Source: Malacoraja senta
Lineage: Eukaryota
DNA: 64,000 nt
Direction of reading: 5' to 3'
NCBI GenBank assembly: GCA_038087875.1
Contig: CM075987.1
Coordinates: forward strand, 27,530,001 to 27,594,000
The notes under the pieces: generated by a model
Seen by the model: the letters and a program-made list of their open reading frames with translations, nothing else
Database searches by the model: none
Told to the model about the DNA's origin: nothing
Position numbers and translations under genes: made by a program
Shown: positions 1-13,200 of the stretch, piece after piece
Layout: each line of letters starts with the position of its first letter
Numbering within the stretch: position 1 is the stretch's first letter

Positions 1-430
1 GGTAAGGTGTGAAAAGGACATATCAAAGCAGATGGTAATCAAGGAAATGTAGAATAGTTCATTGTTGGCTGAGGGGAAGGTGACAATGAGGCATACAAAC
101 AGTAAAATTAATCAGGACAGTGAAACTAGTCGGAGAACTAGGGTGGGGGAGGGAAGGAGAGGGAAAGCAAGGGTTACTTGAAGTTAGAGAAATCAACATT
201 CATACATGTTCATAAGTAACAACAGAAGTAATTTATTTACTGACCTGACTGACCAATGGATTTGTTTTACTTTCCTTATTAAAAGTTACAAAGTTATTCT
301 TTTTTAAATTATGAAGACCTAATTTTAAGTTAGATAGACACAAAATCTGAGTAACTCAGCGGGACAGGCAGCATCTTTGGAGAGAAGGAATGGGTAACGT
401 TTCGGGTCGAGGCCCTTCTACAGACTGATT
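1..430 (-). mobile_element. Penelope-like terminal-repeat fragments
   Basis: 1-205 matches 35295-35475; 333-428 matches the terminal repeat at 35185-35280. Confidence 0.75.
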
Positions 431-1883
431 TCAATCAATTAACTAATTTAAGTTACTCTGACTGAGATGTGTAAAATGTGGCTAATAAAGTCACGTTTAA
501 TGTGCAAGTCTTATCAGTGTGCAAAAACAGCATTATCTGGTGTGGATAAAATACATTTTGCTGGGCAATATTCAGTACCTGTTCTCACTAAAAACAGGAA
601 CTTGCCTTCAGCTTCCCAGAGATTTGACAATTAACCTAGTATCTCCCAGTTAAAACAAATTAAATTTAGTATAGAAGGTCTGGGCTGGAATTCATCGATG
701 TGAAAATTCTGTTAATATTCCTGCAATATCATCCAACTTTTCCAATGTAGAAAGTGAACAACTGAAACTGTGAAAGACTCAGTCCTGCAGGTAATAAATT
801 GTTCCAGAGGATTGAGAAATCAAATACTTAAAGTTATAGAGTGATACAGCATGGAAACAGGCCCTTCGGCCCAACTTGCCCACACCGGCCAACATGTCCC
901 AGCTACACTAGTCCCACCAGGCGGCATTCGGCCATATCCCTCCAACCCTGCCCTATCCATGTACCTGTCTAAACTGTTTCTAAATGTTGGGATGGTCCCT
1001 ACTTCAACTACTTCCTCTGGCAGCTTTGGGTTAAAGTACGAGAGGAAAGGTTTTCAGCTTTTTCACACAGAGGATGGTGCAGGAAAGAACTGCCAAAGGA
1101 AGTGGTTGATGTAGGTGCCATAACAATATGTAAAAGACACTTTGATAGATATATGGTTAGGAAAAGATTGAAAGGTGTATAAAAAATGGAACCAACATAG
1201 ATGGACATTTATGCTCAGCATGGACCAGTTGGGCCGAAGAACCTTTTCCTATGAGACCAGCTAATACAAAGATAATTTATATCTGTGCCCGCTGCATACA
1301 CACATCAGGTGTTGTAATTGTTTCACATCTTCCAATATCTCCGGTTCAATTCTGCTCCAGAATTACTCAGCAAGTTCAGCCACTATCTAAGGGAAAAGTT
1401 ACAAAGTTAATGTTTCTGGTGAATGTTCTAACGACTGAAGATCCTGACATCAGGCTTAAGAAAGGTTTTGGACTGTTCTCTTTTGTTGGACACCTCCCAC
1501 CCGAGGAAATTATTATTCTGCTGCTGACAAAAATATATGTGTACCATAGAAGAACTAAGAGGGCAAAAAATGTCAATTAAGATTAGTGAAGTCTAGATCA
1601 TTTAATAATACCCTACCAACACATGGGCACCAGATTTTCAATGCAAAAGTCAAAACTAATGCCAATGCCCTCCTTCCTATCATAGACCTGTCAGCTCTAA
1701 GTCACGGCACTCAAAAGAGAAAGAATCCAAAAAAGTTCCCAGATTGGCTTTTGATACTATAGTTAGCACAAAAAGTTTGTCGTATAATTGAATCTTGACA
1801 GCAATGTTTATTACCTGGAGCATGGACAGTTGACAATGAGCATGGAAAAGAAAAATTGAGATATTAGATCATATTTTGTTCAG

Positions 1884-2032
1884 ATGCCACTAAAAATACT
1901 ATCTGGCAGCAGGAGTACTGCCAGAAACTCTTGCCTAAAAAAATCATTGTTGAACAGCTTGATCGTCAAATCATCATGTTGCACTCTGCCGCTGGAATCC
2001 ATTTTGTTGAAGTCAACAAAATCAAATTGTGA
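1884..2032 (+). CDS. Possible terminal coding exon of an unidentified upstream gene
   Basis: Acceptor atattttgttcag at 1883. The phase-1 frame reads (D)ATKNTIWQQEYCQKLLPKKIIVEQLDRQIIMLHSAAGIHFVEVNKIKL* (TGA 2030-2032). The phase-0 frame is also open to 2087. Non-repetitive sequence; AATAAA at 2923. Protein not recognised. Confidence 0.3.
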
Positions 2033-3499
2033 AGCAAACAACAAGGTGTTGCCAATTTGGCATGTTTGCTCGACTGACTGGGGATAAATTTCTCCCAATC
2101 TTATTTCCTGCTGATTTATTAAATGTGGAACGAATTAGACCACTTAATTTCAGAATTATCGTGCAGCTGACTGATAATAATCTGGAGTAGAAATAAGGAA
2201 CAGCACATGCTGGTTAATGCACAAAAAAACACAGTGCTGAAGTTTCAGTTTAGTTTATTGTCACGTGTACCAAGGTATAGTGAAAAGCTTTCGTTGTACT
2301 CAGCAGGTCAAGAGAGGTGGTGTTTCGGGTTGAGACCCTTTTTCAGACTGATTGTAGGGGGAGAAGAAAACTAGAAGAGGAGAGAGAGGCAGGACAAAAC
2401 ATGGCAGTAGATACTCAGGAGAGGTAAGCTGTGAAAGAGGGTCTCGCAGAACTCTGATCTCAGAGGAGAACTTCTCCAAAGTAGGCATACCTTGAGTAGA
2501 TTGAGCAATCAAAATGTAGAAACAAGAACTGTAGATGTTGGTTAAGAATCTGGATTTGGAAGAATATATTGTGAAAAGAAATGCTGAGGAAGTTTTAAAT
2601 GTTCTTTGGATAAATGGACAGTTAATGAACCAAATTGGTATATTTAGCTTTGCAAATAGAGTCATAGTGTAAAATGTAATCCTCTGTTGCCTGAATTAAA
2701 CTTGCAATGATGTCCAATGATCTTTGCTTTATAACATATTCCACTGAATTCGATTGAGTTACATTTTCAGATTTAAGAAGGTTTTAGACTGTTCTCTGTT
2801 GTTGGACACCACCCACCAGAGGGAAATAATTTATATCTATTATGCTACTGTATGCTAAATTCATCATGTGTTACATTGCTCGGTTGTGCACGACTGAGGA
2901 CAGATTTTACTGCAGAGTGCAAAATAAATAATACTTTTGCAATCTTTATAAAGCATTAGTTTGGCTTCAGCATGAGTAATGTGGCCATCTCTGGGGACTC
3001 TGTTTTAGGCAGGAAGTCAAAGCTTTGGAGAGAAAAACGGAATTACATCTGGGAAAAGGATTTCAGTGATGCAAAGAGAAGCTGGGATTGTTCTTGGAGA
3101 AGCTTTAAGTAAGGCATAATAAAGTGTGAAAATAATAAAGTCCGATGATAAATAAGAACAAATTGTTTCCACTGGAATGAGAGTTGCTAACAGAGCACAC
3201 AATTCTAATAACTGAAAAAAATTTAGAGAATTATTTTATATACCATGTTATGATATTTAATCCCAAATTTAAAATAAGTACAATCAGAAGTAAGGCAACT
3301 TTCAAAGGCAAGTTCTACGGCAAACTCTGACACTGCTTCTGTAGCCACAACATTTGTCCCAACACCATCATAAGTTCATGAGTGATAGAGATGAATTAGG
3401 CCATTCGGCCCATCAAGTCTACTCTGCCATTCCATTAGTCTGCCTGTCCATTCTTCTGTTTTGTTATTTAAGTAAGTGTTAAAGAGTCATGTTTTTAGT

Positions 3500-3700
3500 G
3501 TTCACAAAATGCTGGAGAAACTCAGCGGGTGCAGCAGCATCTATGGAGCGGGAAATAGGCAACGTTTCGGGCCGAAACCCTTCTTCAGACCCGAAACATT
3601 GCCTATTTCCTTCGCTCCATAGATGCTGCGGCACCCGCTGAGTTTCTCCAGCATTTGTGTACCTTCGATTTTCCAGCATCTGCAGTTCCTTCTTTAACAC
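3500..3700. mobile_element. Penelope-derived inverted-repeat element with hammerhead-like core
   Basis: Minus strand 3559-3590 reads GTCTGAAGAAGGGTTTCGGCCCGAAACGTTGC. Inverted arms aaaatgctggagaaactcagcgggtg / cacccgctgagtttctccagcatt. Confidence 0.75.
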
Positions 3701-4160
3701 ATGTTTTAGTGTTCTCCGGTTTGTTTTATGTGGGGGGGGGGGGGGGGGGGTCGGGGTGACTTTCTTTTTCAATCTCTTAACTTGCTAGAGATGCGATTTT
3801 TTTCTGGATCGTATCTCCGGTCACTCTGCAGCCTAACATCATTGAGCTGGCGGCCTTGCTCGAGACTGACTTTGAGCCCCACCGCGGGGCCGTGGACTTA
3901 TACCATTGAAGCCTGCGATCCCTTGCCTGGGATCGACGCTCCAACCGCAACCTGCGGATTCAACATCGAGGGGCTCGCAGTCTCGGGTAGAGACTGATGT
4001 CGGGAAACTCCAGGCCTCGGGAGGTTCGACCAGCCCCGACTCGGGAGTCCAATCGCCCGGCGCGGGGAGCTGAGATTCCCCCCAAGGCGGGAGTATGATC
4101 GCCCCGATGTGGAGGGCTCGACCGCCGGTTACGGGAGCCAAGATCGCTCCAACAACGGGA
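3700..4160. repeat. Dispersed GC-rich repeat (second copy at ~10110-10750)
   Basis: Both loci share tgttctccggtttgttttat...gactgactttg-gcccccaccgcgggg...gatcccttgcctgggatcg...gatcgccccgatg. Confidence 0.75.
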
Positions 4161-4629
4161 TGTTTTCGTGTGCTGGGCTGAATGGCCTAATTCAGCTCCT
4201 ATAACTTGTGAGCAGGCCTTTTGACCCAACTTGCCCACGCCAACCAAGATGCACCATGTACACCAGTCCAGCCCGCCTGCATTTGGCCCAAATCCCTCTA
4301 AACCATTTATAGTCTGATGGTACCCGCCTAAAAGTTGCCAAGAAGCACAATCCGTGGTTATCAGAGGTAAACGACCAGCATTTTGCTGAACAAACATAGA
4401 AACACAGAAAAATAATAAGTGCAGGAGTAGGCCATTCGGCCCTTCGAGCAACACCGCCATTCAATGTGATTATGGCTCATCATCTAAAAATCAGTACCCC
4501 GTTCCTGCCTTCTCCCCATATCCCTTGATTCCTTTAGCCCTAAGAGCTAAATCTAACTCTCTCTTGAAAACAAAGGAGATAAAGGACCAGCAATAGGTGT
4601 TTTTGTGTAAACCAGCAACTGCAGTTTAC

Positions 4630-5330
4630 TTACACGACGCCACTGCTGGGTCGACGGCGATGCTTGGTCACGTGCTGCGGGCGGGGACGGCGAGGGCGCG
4701 GTCACGTGCTGCGGGCGGGGACGGCGAGGCGCGGTCACGTGCTGCGGGCGGGGACGGCGAGGCGCGGTCACGTGCTGCGGCGGGGACGGCGAGGCGCGGT
4801 CACGTGCCGCGGGCGGGGCTGGCTGGGAGGTGAGAACGCACGGGGCGCCAGCCCCTGTGACGTCAGCGGCTGCATGGCGGCGCCATTGCCGGCAGGCGGG
4901 TGAGGGTACTCGAGGCGCGGCGGTGTCGGTGGTTGCGGACGAGGATTGACCGACCTGGGGGGCCACGTTGGCCCTGCTGACGGTAGGGTAGCATCGCCTA
5001 AACAATCCCCCCGGGCCGCCTCCGCTCAGCTCCGTCGCTGACTCGGCCATTCCCTGAGGTGAGTTGTAGCGGGAGGAGGAGGTGGAGGGCCTGTCCGGGA
5101 AGGCCCCGCGGAGGCGGCGGGCGCTGCTGGACATGGCGTCTCTCCACTATTAGGCTTTATACACGGAGTCGAGGATTGTATTTTCAATAATTTCGTCGTG
5201 TTTTAGTGAAGGGGAGTTTTATCCGCCGCCTGAGGTGAGTTTCGGTGAGGGGGGTTGGGGAGAGTGGACCATCGTGCTCTCTCCTTCCCGCGCTCGCAGG
5301 CCGCCGTCGCTCCGCGTGTTATTAAACTGT
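4630..5330 (+). promoter_or_regulatory. CpG-island promoter and non-coding first exon(s) of gene A
   Basis: Very GC/CpG-rich. Five GGTCACGTG E-boxes, GC boxes and a palindromic CRE TGACGTCA at 4858-4865. Two strong donors CTGAG|gtgagt after 5058 and 5234. Confidence 0.75.
4654..4818. repeat. ~33-bp promoter minisatellite (GGTCACGTGCTGCGGGCGGGGACGGCGAGGCGC) x5
   Basis: GGTCACGTG starts at 4666, 4700, 4733, 4766 and 4798. Confidence 0.9.
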
Positions 5331-6661
5331 GAGGTGGGAATAGCTGGTCAGGCTCGGGAATAAGACGAAAGTAGTTGGAATGTGAAACTAAAGTGGTTAT
5401 GTTGTCAATTGTCAAAAATAAACTCTGATCTAAAGGTTCAGCTTCTTACCAACAAACCTCAGGTTCTTGAGGCAGCATCTCTGGAGAGAAGGAATGCGTA
5501 ACGTTTTTGTCACAAAAACTTCCACTTCTTCCCTCTCTCGTTGGATAGAAGATACAAAAGCTGGAATGCACATGCTTTCCTGCTGTTATCAGACTACATT
5601 ATGGTCCTCTCATAAAATCAGTAATCCCAGTCTTCCAATCTACCACATTGGGGAACTTGCGCTTTTTTAATCTGCACTTTCTCTGTAACACTGTAATGCA
5701 CCTTGGTATTTTTCTCTTCGCACTACCTGCTGTACTTGTACGTGGCTTGATTGTACTTATGTATCAGTATGATTTGACTGACTAGTATTGCAAACAAAGC
5801 TTTTCACACATACACATGACAAAAATATGTGGGAAGCCCGACGAGCTGTGGCCTTATCCCAACGGCAGGTCTGGCTCGTCCACCGTGAAACTGGGAACTT
5901 GCCCGGAGAGGGAAGCCATGGAGGAGAGGATGGAGGGACTGGACAGGGCGGTGGGCACTGGACAAAAGGCCCCACGGTAAGAAGAACCTGGGGGTCTTAC
6001 CTTCTGCCGCCCTCAAGGTCGTCTGCTTCAAGTGCCCCCTGGGGAACAAGGGCTGAAGAGGGGCTCGACAGGAATGGAGGCAACAGCTGCAGGTGGGACT
6101 GTAAAATGGTTCCTCTTGCACATAGACTCAGTGGGCTGTTCTGTACAATCTGTACTAACTGTGGTTGTGCTTATGTATGATGATAGTTTTGCTCAGCTGT
6201 ATGCAAAAACGTATTTTGCTCTACTGTGCTACACGAAATAAGAAACCATTGAACTTGTTGACTATTTATCCTGAACTGAGATGACAATAATCAACCTGTA
6301 TAATATATAACATAACATAATGCATATTTACTTTTCAAGTGGGCATGAGTGAACCAGAAGGGTCCTTACCAAAATCCAGTGGTTTCATGATCCTCCTCAT
6401 CTCCTTCCGAAAGAAATGTCCTTTAATTCTGAGACTATGACCTCTGGTCCTAGACTCTCCCACAAGTGTATGTATCTAAGTGGAAACATCCTCTTCACAT
6501 CCACTCTATTCAGGCAAATCTTATCATACTCTATCATAGTGCAAATCCTAACCTAATTTCAAGCTAGTACATATCAGATGTGCTTTTTTTTTAAAATAAA
6601 TGTATTATTATTTGTTCTGTATAAATTGTTTAATTTCTTTCTTGAACAGGAAAGTGTCAGT

Positions 6662-7219
6662 ATGGCAACATCTGCGGATAAAAGCCACAGTACGATGTGG
6701 GCAAGATTTCATAGCGAATCAGCAAGTAGGGTTGTGAAATTATTGAGAAAAAGTAAAAGTATGGATACACTACTGCAATCCACCAACTTGATACTAAAAG
6801 ATATTCCAGATTATGATACAGTTGAAACTTTACTCCCTTCATCTCTANNNNNNNNNNNNNNNNNNNNNNNNNNNNNNNNNNNNNNNNNNNNNNNNNNNNN
6901 NNNNNNNNNNNNNNNNNNNNNNNNNNNNNNNNNNNNNNNNNNNNNNNNNNNNNNNNNNNNNNNNNNNNNNNNNNNNNNNNNNNNNNNNNNNNNNNNNNNN
7001 NNNNNNNNNNNNNNNNNNNNNNNNNNNNNNNNNNNNNNNNNNNNNNNCTACCAATGGTGCCACTTACAAAATGGGAGGTTCTGCTCCATCAGCACGGAGA
7101 AGACCATTTTTTGGAATCAAGAAGGAAATTGTCAACTAGCAGTAGCTGTCCATCGCTTGTGTCCAGGCTGGAAACATCTGTCTGTGAAGTACATAGTGTC
7201 GTTCAATCTCGTTCTGAAG
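6662..7219 (+). CDS. Gene A first coding exon (interrupted by 200-N gap)
   Basis: Acceptor cttgaacag at 6649, ATG 6662. Reads ...LLPSSL before the gap and [57 protein letters not shown] after it. Donor G|gttaga, phase 1. Confidence 0.7.
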
Positions 7220-10200
7220 GTTAGATGAAGATTTAGCCTTCATTGTAGTAAGAAATTACCCCACCTGTTAGTAACAATTAGGCACAAGCTCGTGGGACAA
7301 AATGGTTTCTTGCGTTACACAGGATTATGTCCATTATAGATTGGAGCTTGATAATTGTTATTTTCACCCTATTCGTGTGTGTTCTTTGCCTGACAATACG
7401 CCAGTCCTCTCGAGCAATTGATCTGACTTAACCTTTATGCACTCATTAATGCAGATAATTCTGTGTTGATTCAAAATAATTACATTGAAATAAATAAAAA
7501 CATGGAAACAAGTCTATAGATATCTGAATTGGCATGACACTGGTGCAGATTAACCTATTGCTTGTATTTCACAGAACTTCCAAGTGTTACCAATCAACCT
7601 GAAGCTGTTTCATGTGAGGAAACAAATCAGTAAGTTGAAACTTTAATTCTGGGACATGTGTACGGTGTCATTATCAGATGGAAAAAATGCTATGTTATAA
7701 TTTCATTAATCATTGGGACTAAAGACAGATTTCTATCTGGACACGATAAATATGTGGCCTTTATTTTATTTTCTCTGTGCATAATTGTATCACTTTCACA
7801 CCGTTGCAGATTTGGTGCTAAAATGGATGACAATTTGATCCTCAATATATAAGAATTCAGTATTAATATTGACTTGACCAAGGGGGACCCGTTGGGCCTT
7901 TGGCCGCGTGCACACACACACACACACTAACCCCCCCCCCTTCATATATTAATATTATTCATCCGCTCCTTTTACCCCAACCCCCGTCCTATCCACTCAC
8001 GCATAACCCCCAACTGCACAGGCACGGGTGGAGAGGGAGAGGGAGGGGGATAGAGATTGAGGGGTGGGGAGGGTGCCCGGCGTCACAGGGGAGGGCTGGT
8101 TCCCGAACCCCATAGGTCCCAATATTCACCACTCCCTAGGGAGGGGAGGGGCAGAGAGGAAGGGGGGCAGAGAAGGAGGGCCTCCTCCTCCCCCCCCCAC
8201 TCCTCCTTTGCCCCCCCCCCCTCTATCTCTTTCTCTGCCCCGGGGAGGGGGTAGAGGCACCAACTACCCAGGTCGTAAAGCAGAAGCCTCCCCACCAGGC
8301 GCCGGGCCCGAGCTAGGCTGCGGCGTGGACCAGAGCGAGGCCCAGAGCGATTTGAGGACGGTGAAAAGCAGCGGAGGGCCGGTCGATCGTGTCTTCCGAG
8401 AGAGGAAGGCCACCCACCAGCGTGACAGACGACCGGGCGGGGGAGACGGAGAGGAGGTCATCCCCTGTGATGGCCACCACGGCCACTTTTCCACTGCGCT
8501 TGTCCGCGCTGCGATAATGACTGCCGCCGCCATGTTGTAGAACATGAAATAGCCCAGCGAAGCCCGCTGCACGACTGAGCACGTGTTTAGCAGCTTCAAT
8601 CCAGAGCCTGGGGGGGTGGCTGGGTCACGTAACTCGCAGCTCATGGAAAACAGTGCCCCTGCACGTTGCCGCGAGGAGCAGAGGCATTGTGACATCATCC
8701 AGCTCGCTTCAGCTCATTAACTTCAAAAAAGATCTCAGATTGGTGAACAATTTTAGTAAAAAACTCAGGAAATAATGAATCACATTTTCAGATGAGGGGA
8801 TTTTTGAAATCATGAGGTAAATCGCTACCGGAATATGTAAAAATTTCACCATTAGCGCATCGGGTTTTCAAGAAGATGTGATTCACAAGCAAACATACAA
8901 ACGATCAGATCAGAGAAGAGTTTATGTGCAAATGCACCATGAAATGACATGGTGTTTACATTATTAAGAAAGGGTCATTAAGCCTAGAACGTTAGATCCC
9001 TTCATTTAGCGTTTTTTTCTTTCAAGTGTTTGCAAGGGTATTATTAGCCTTTGCTCATTCAATTGCAAATGATACAGATTGGGGAATGACTCTAATGAGG
9101 AGTGCAACAGGTTCCTAGAGGGCATAATAAACTTGAAGAATTGGCAACAATTAGTCAGCGGATAAGATTCTTCATTTTGGACATGGAGACAATGCAAATG
9201 GTTGCAAATAATATCTTTAAGGATGATACAAGAAATAAGAGTATAAATATCAGGAAAGAATGAACAAACTGGATCTCTTTTGAGAAAAGTTTATGAAGTA
9301 AATTCAAACTCTAAAATTGAGAGGAGAAGATGCAGGGAGTGGTTTGTTTTAGATGGGTAGAGAAAACAGAAAGAAAAAAAACTAGTTGATAAAAGATGTA
9401 CGTTGTGACTAATAGAGGCCATTCACCACATTAACTCCATACTAGCCTCTAGACTGATGCAATCAGTCCTATTCTTCCATTCTATCTTCATAGTCCATGT
9501 TTATTTCAACTGCCAACCTAATTTCCAGTGGAAATTACTGAATATCTGCATAAACCTGCCTCAAAGGCATGTTTCACTTGTCAGAGCGGCCTGTTATTCA
9601 AGAATGATATGTTATTCACATTCCACATATCAGAGTACTCTTATTCAGGAGTTAGTATTAAATATTTTTGTTAACATTGCAAATTAAGAAAGACAGGAAC
9701 CAGTATTGCTTGTTATTTGTATTTCTACGATCTTAAAAGGTCAGCTTGTCATACTTTGTTAACAAAAGTTATCTGTCTCCAGGTTAGCTATAAACCTGGA
9801 TGCCTTTACTATGGAATCAGTACAATGTACAGATGATGACAGTAAAATGCCAGATCAGAATGACGAGTTTTTCTCTTGGGCATTGGAGAGGTAAAGTTGT
9901 CTTCATGTCTGTGGCTTTCTCACTGTTAAGAAAACGTTCATGTAGAATGCCGTTGACTATAATGACCGAGGAACTGTGCACCACACACCAGATAAAAAAA
10001 CCTGTTGTTCGCATCCCTCCCTATAATATCTTGGCCGAAACTTTAATTCTGTTTTCCCTAATCCTTGTTTCATCAACAGTCTCTTTTGTCTTTTTTTCAT
10101 TTTTAATGTGTGTTAAAAGTCTGTGTAAATGTTCTCCGGTTTGTTTTATTTGGGGGGAGGGGGTCTGGGAGACTTTTTTTCAGTTTCTTACCTTGCCAGA

Positions 10201-13200
10201 GATGCAATTATTTTCCGGGTCGCATGTCCGGCTGATCTGCGGCATACCATCTATGGAGCTGGAGACCTCCTCGGACTGACTTTGGGCCCCACCGCGGGGC
10301 GTGGACTTAACATCGGCTCCGATCCCTTGCCTGGGATCGCTCCAACTGCCTGCTGACTTTACATCGGGAACTCGCAGTCTCCGGAGAGGCTGAGTCGGAA
10401 GCTCCAACGACGCAGAGGCTCGACCAGCCCCGACGCGGGGTCCGATCGCCGGCGCGGAGGAACTGACATCCCCCCCGATGCAAGAGCTGATCGCCCCGAT
10501 GCGAAGGGCCCAAACGCTGCCGGCTACGGGAGTCAAGATCGTCCCGTCAACAAAGGGCTCAAGGCCCCCGACCGCGGGAGAGCAAAGAAGGGAAGAGATT
10601 TGAACTTTTTTTTGCCTTCCATCATCACAGTGAGGAATGTTTATGTTAAAATGTATTTTTGTGTGTTCCGTTTGTTTTTATTGTATGACTGACTTGGCAA
10701 ATGAAATTCCTCGTATGTTGCCAAACATACTTGGCCAATAAAGTATTATTGTGATTGTAATGGCACAGCAATTCGCTAACTTTTTGCAACCAGAAATCAG
10801 AATCTTGTTTGTCTACAAACATTTTGCCAAACTTTCTTTGTTTTCAGATCAAACATCACCAGTTTCATTTATGTTTTTGCTTCTCTTCTCAACTTATTGT
10901 TTTTATCCTGGTTCTTTTTTGAAGAATTTATTTGACATGAGTTATGCAAGCTATTTTGTTTATTTTATTAAATTCTCTAACTCATCATCCTGTGAGCCCT
11001 GGCTTTCAATCCTTTATCTCTCACGGTATGTAGCTAGACACTGCTTGAAACACCCGTTTCTTGAAGATGTCCCATTTAAATTCTTGTTGCTTTTTGTCCA
11101 TTTTACCTCCGTGGGTCCTGTCTTGTCCAATTGAAATTCGGTCTTTCCCGGTTTAAAAATATACTTTAATTAGATTTAATTAAATTACTAATCTAAAGCT
11201 TATGAAGCGTTGTTTACGGTTTCTGGTTCTGGTTGACTATTGCGCAAACACCTCAAAGACGGTGTGTTGTCCCACTACGTCTTTGCCACTTCATTACCAA
11301 GCAGCAGTTCCAAAATGCCTATTTCCTAGATAGACAAAGAACATATATTGGTCAAGAATCACAAATGTGATAATTTAAAAAGTCTCTGTTAGTCCCTTAT
11401 ATGTAGAATCTAATATAACAACTGCAGTCTTGTGCTTTACTGTTCTGCTGTCTGCCGTCCCTTGTTTTATAGTGAACTGCACTCCTTCAACGTGTTGCTA
11501 TTCTTCCACTATCCTCATGGTCCTTCAAGTTTATTTCAACTGCCAGTCTAATTTCCAGTGGAAATTACTGGCTTTCTTCCCCTCCCCCCCCCCCCCCCCC
11601 TCCGCCCACAATCAGTTTGCAGACGGGTCCAGGCCCAAAATGCCACCTAGATACCAGAGATACTGCTTGACCCTCTGAGTTACTTCTGCACTTTGTGTCC
11701 TGAGCATTTCTCACCAATAATTAAAGAAAATCTCTATTCCCTTTTAAAAATCAAGTTTCTACATCATTACGATGTCATTTTAATTAATACCAGGACTTTG
11801 GTTCGCATGTACCACTGTCTTCTCTCTTTTCTTGATTAATAAAATTCCAAAATATCTCTTTTCCTTCAGTGTACTCAATTCTCCCGTTCACCAAATTCTG
11901 GATGGTACTCTGTAGGAACAGTAAAATCCTCTTTGCCTTTGATGTTAAGAGTTGAGTAAAAGTTCCAAAAGTAAATGCAACACACCAGATGGATTTGTAT
12001 TCATTCAGCTGAGTTTATCAGTTTAGTTTATTCACATGCACTGAGGTACAATGAAAAGCTTTTTGTTGCGTGCTATCCACTCAGCGGAAAGACAATACAG
12101 TGTTGCTACTGTAGCTGTACTGAAGGAAAAAGTGTTGCTACATCATTGGCTGAGCAGTGGCAATAGAGAAATAGGCTATCTATATATATATATATATATA
12201 TACACATACACACACACACAACCATACTGTATGAAAAATAATTGAGATTTACATATAATGAACATAGTTCTATTTCTAGAGCTGAAAAGGCAAATATTAA
12301 AGATCGAGGTTTTGAAGAATTTGTGGTGGAAGAAAAGGAAGGATTGATTTTGGAAAATGACTACCTTAGCCCAGCGATGGCTGTTGGTAAACTGGTAAGA
12401 CTTTTTTTTTAATCTCTTCTCCCATCTGACCCCACAGTTTTTCCCTTTCACTTTACCTAAATGGGCTGTGTTAACCCCTATTCTGTGCCATACCCCAACT
12501 TTCACCAGAAACAAACGTGCTGGGTATATTCCTCGATTTACCAATGCATGCGGGCCAATCTTGGTTAAATAAGGACATGACAGGAAGGGCACCAGATGTA
12601 CCTAAAATGAGGCACAAACGTGCCAACGTTACAGCACAGGACTGCATGCATGATAACAGCAAAATAACACGCTATGTAGAGCTATGTGATACCACAACAA
12701 GTAATGACTATTTCCAGCAAGAAATAACTTAACTATGTACTCTTTACTTTCATTCACTTTACGTTTTGAAGAATCCCACAACTTTGACATCCCGGAAGGC
12801 ACCATTGATCAGAAACTTATTAACCACATGAATAGTTACACGTTAACAATGTCAAGATATTAGCAGCTCCAGAGTTGGTTACTAACTGATACTGTAAGAA
12901 CTCTTTCTTTCTTAGTTGTCATTGCACCCTACTTTGTGCATTTGTTGTACAAGCTCATAAACTATATTTGCATTTTGCATTTCTTCTGCTGCTTGCCTAA
13001 TTTGCTCATTTTGTAGAATTTCCAAGAGGCAAGAAAGCATCTCAAGAACTAACCATGACCACTTATTTTTCATAACGCATAATTTAATGAGAGGTTTTGA
13101 TGGAAAATTTACCAGTAACTGAACTATGAATGAAATGTGATATAATTATATAACCTTTATGTCATCTGGGGTTTGGAGACAAATGTTAGCATGACATTTT

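Noticed and set aside
751..790. 40-nt AG/GT-bounded segment as a coding exon
   Set aside because: Stops in all three frames; at most non-coding.
1880..2098. Minus-strand 72-aa ORF as a divergent gene from promoter A
   Set aside because: Stops before the nearest donor and no linked minus-strand exons were found.
4553..5134. 193-aa minus-strand ORF
   Set aside because: Product of a GC-rich CpG island and minisatellite; no splice or homology support.
8064..8698. ORFs and apparent CpG island in gene A intron
   Set aside because: Lie inside a probable non-autonomous element; no splice chain or recognisable protein.
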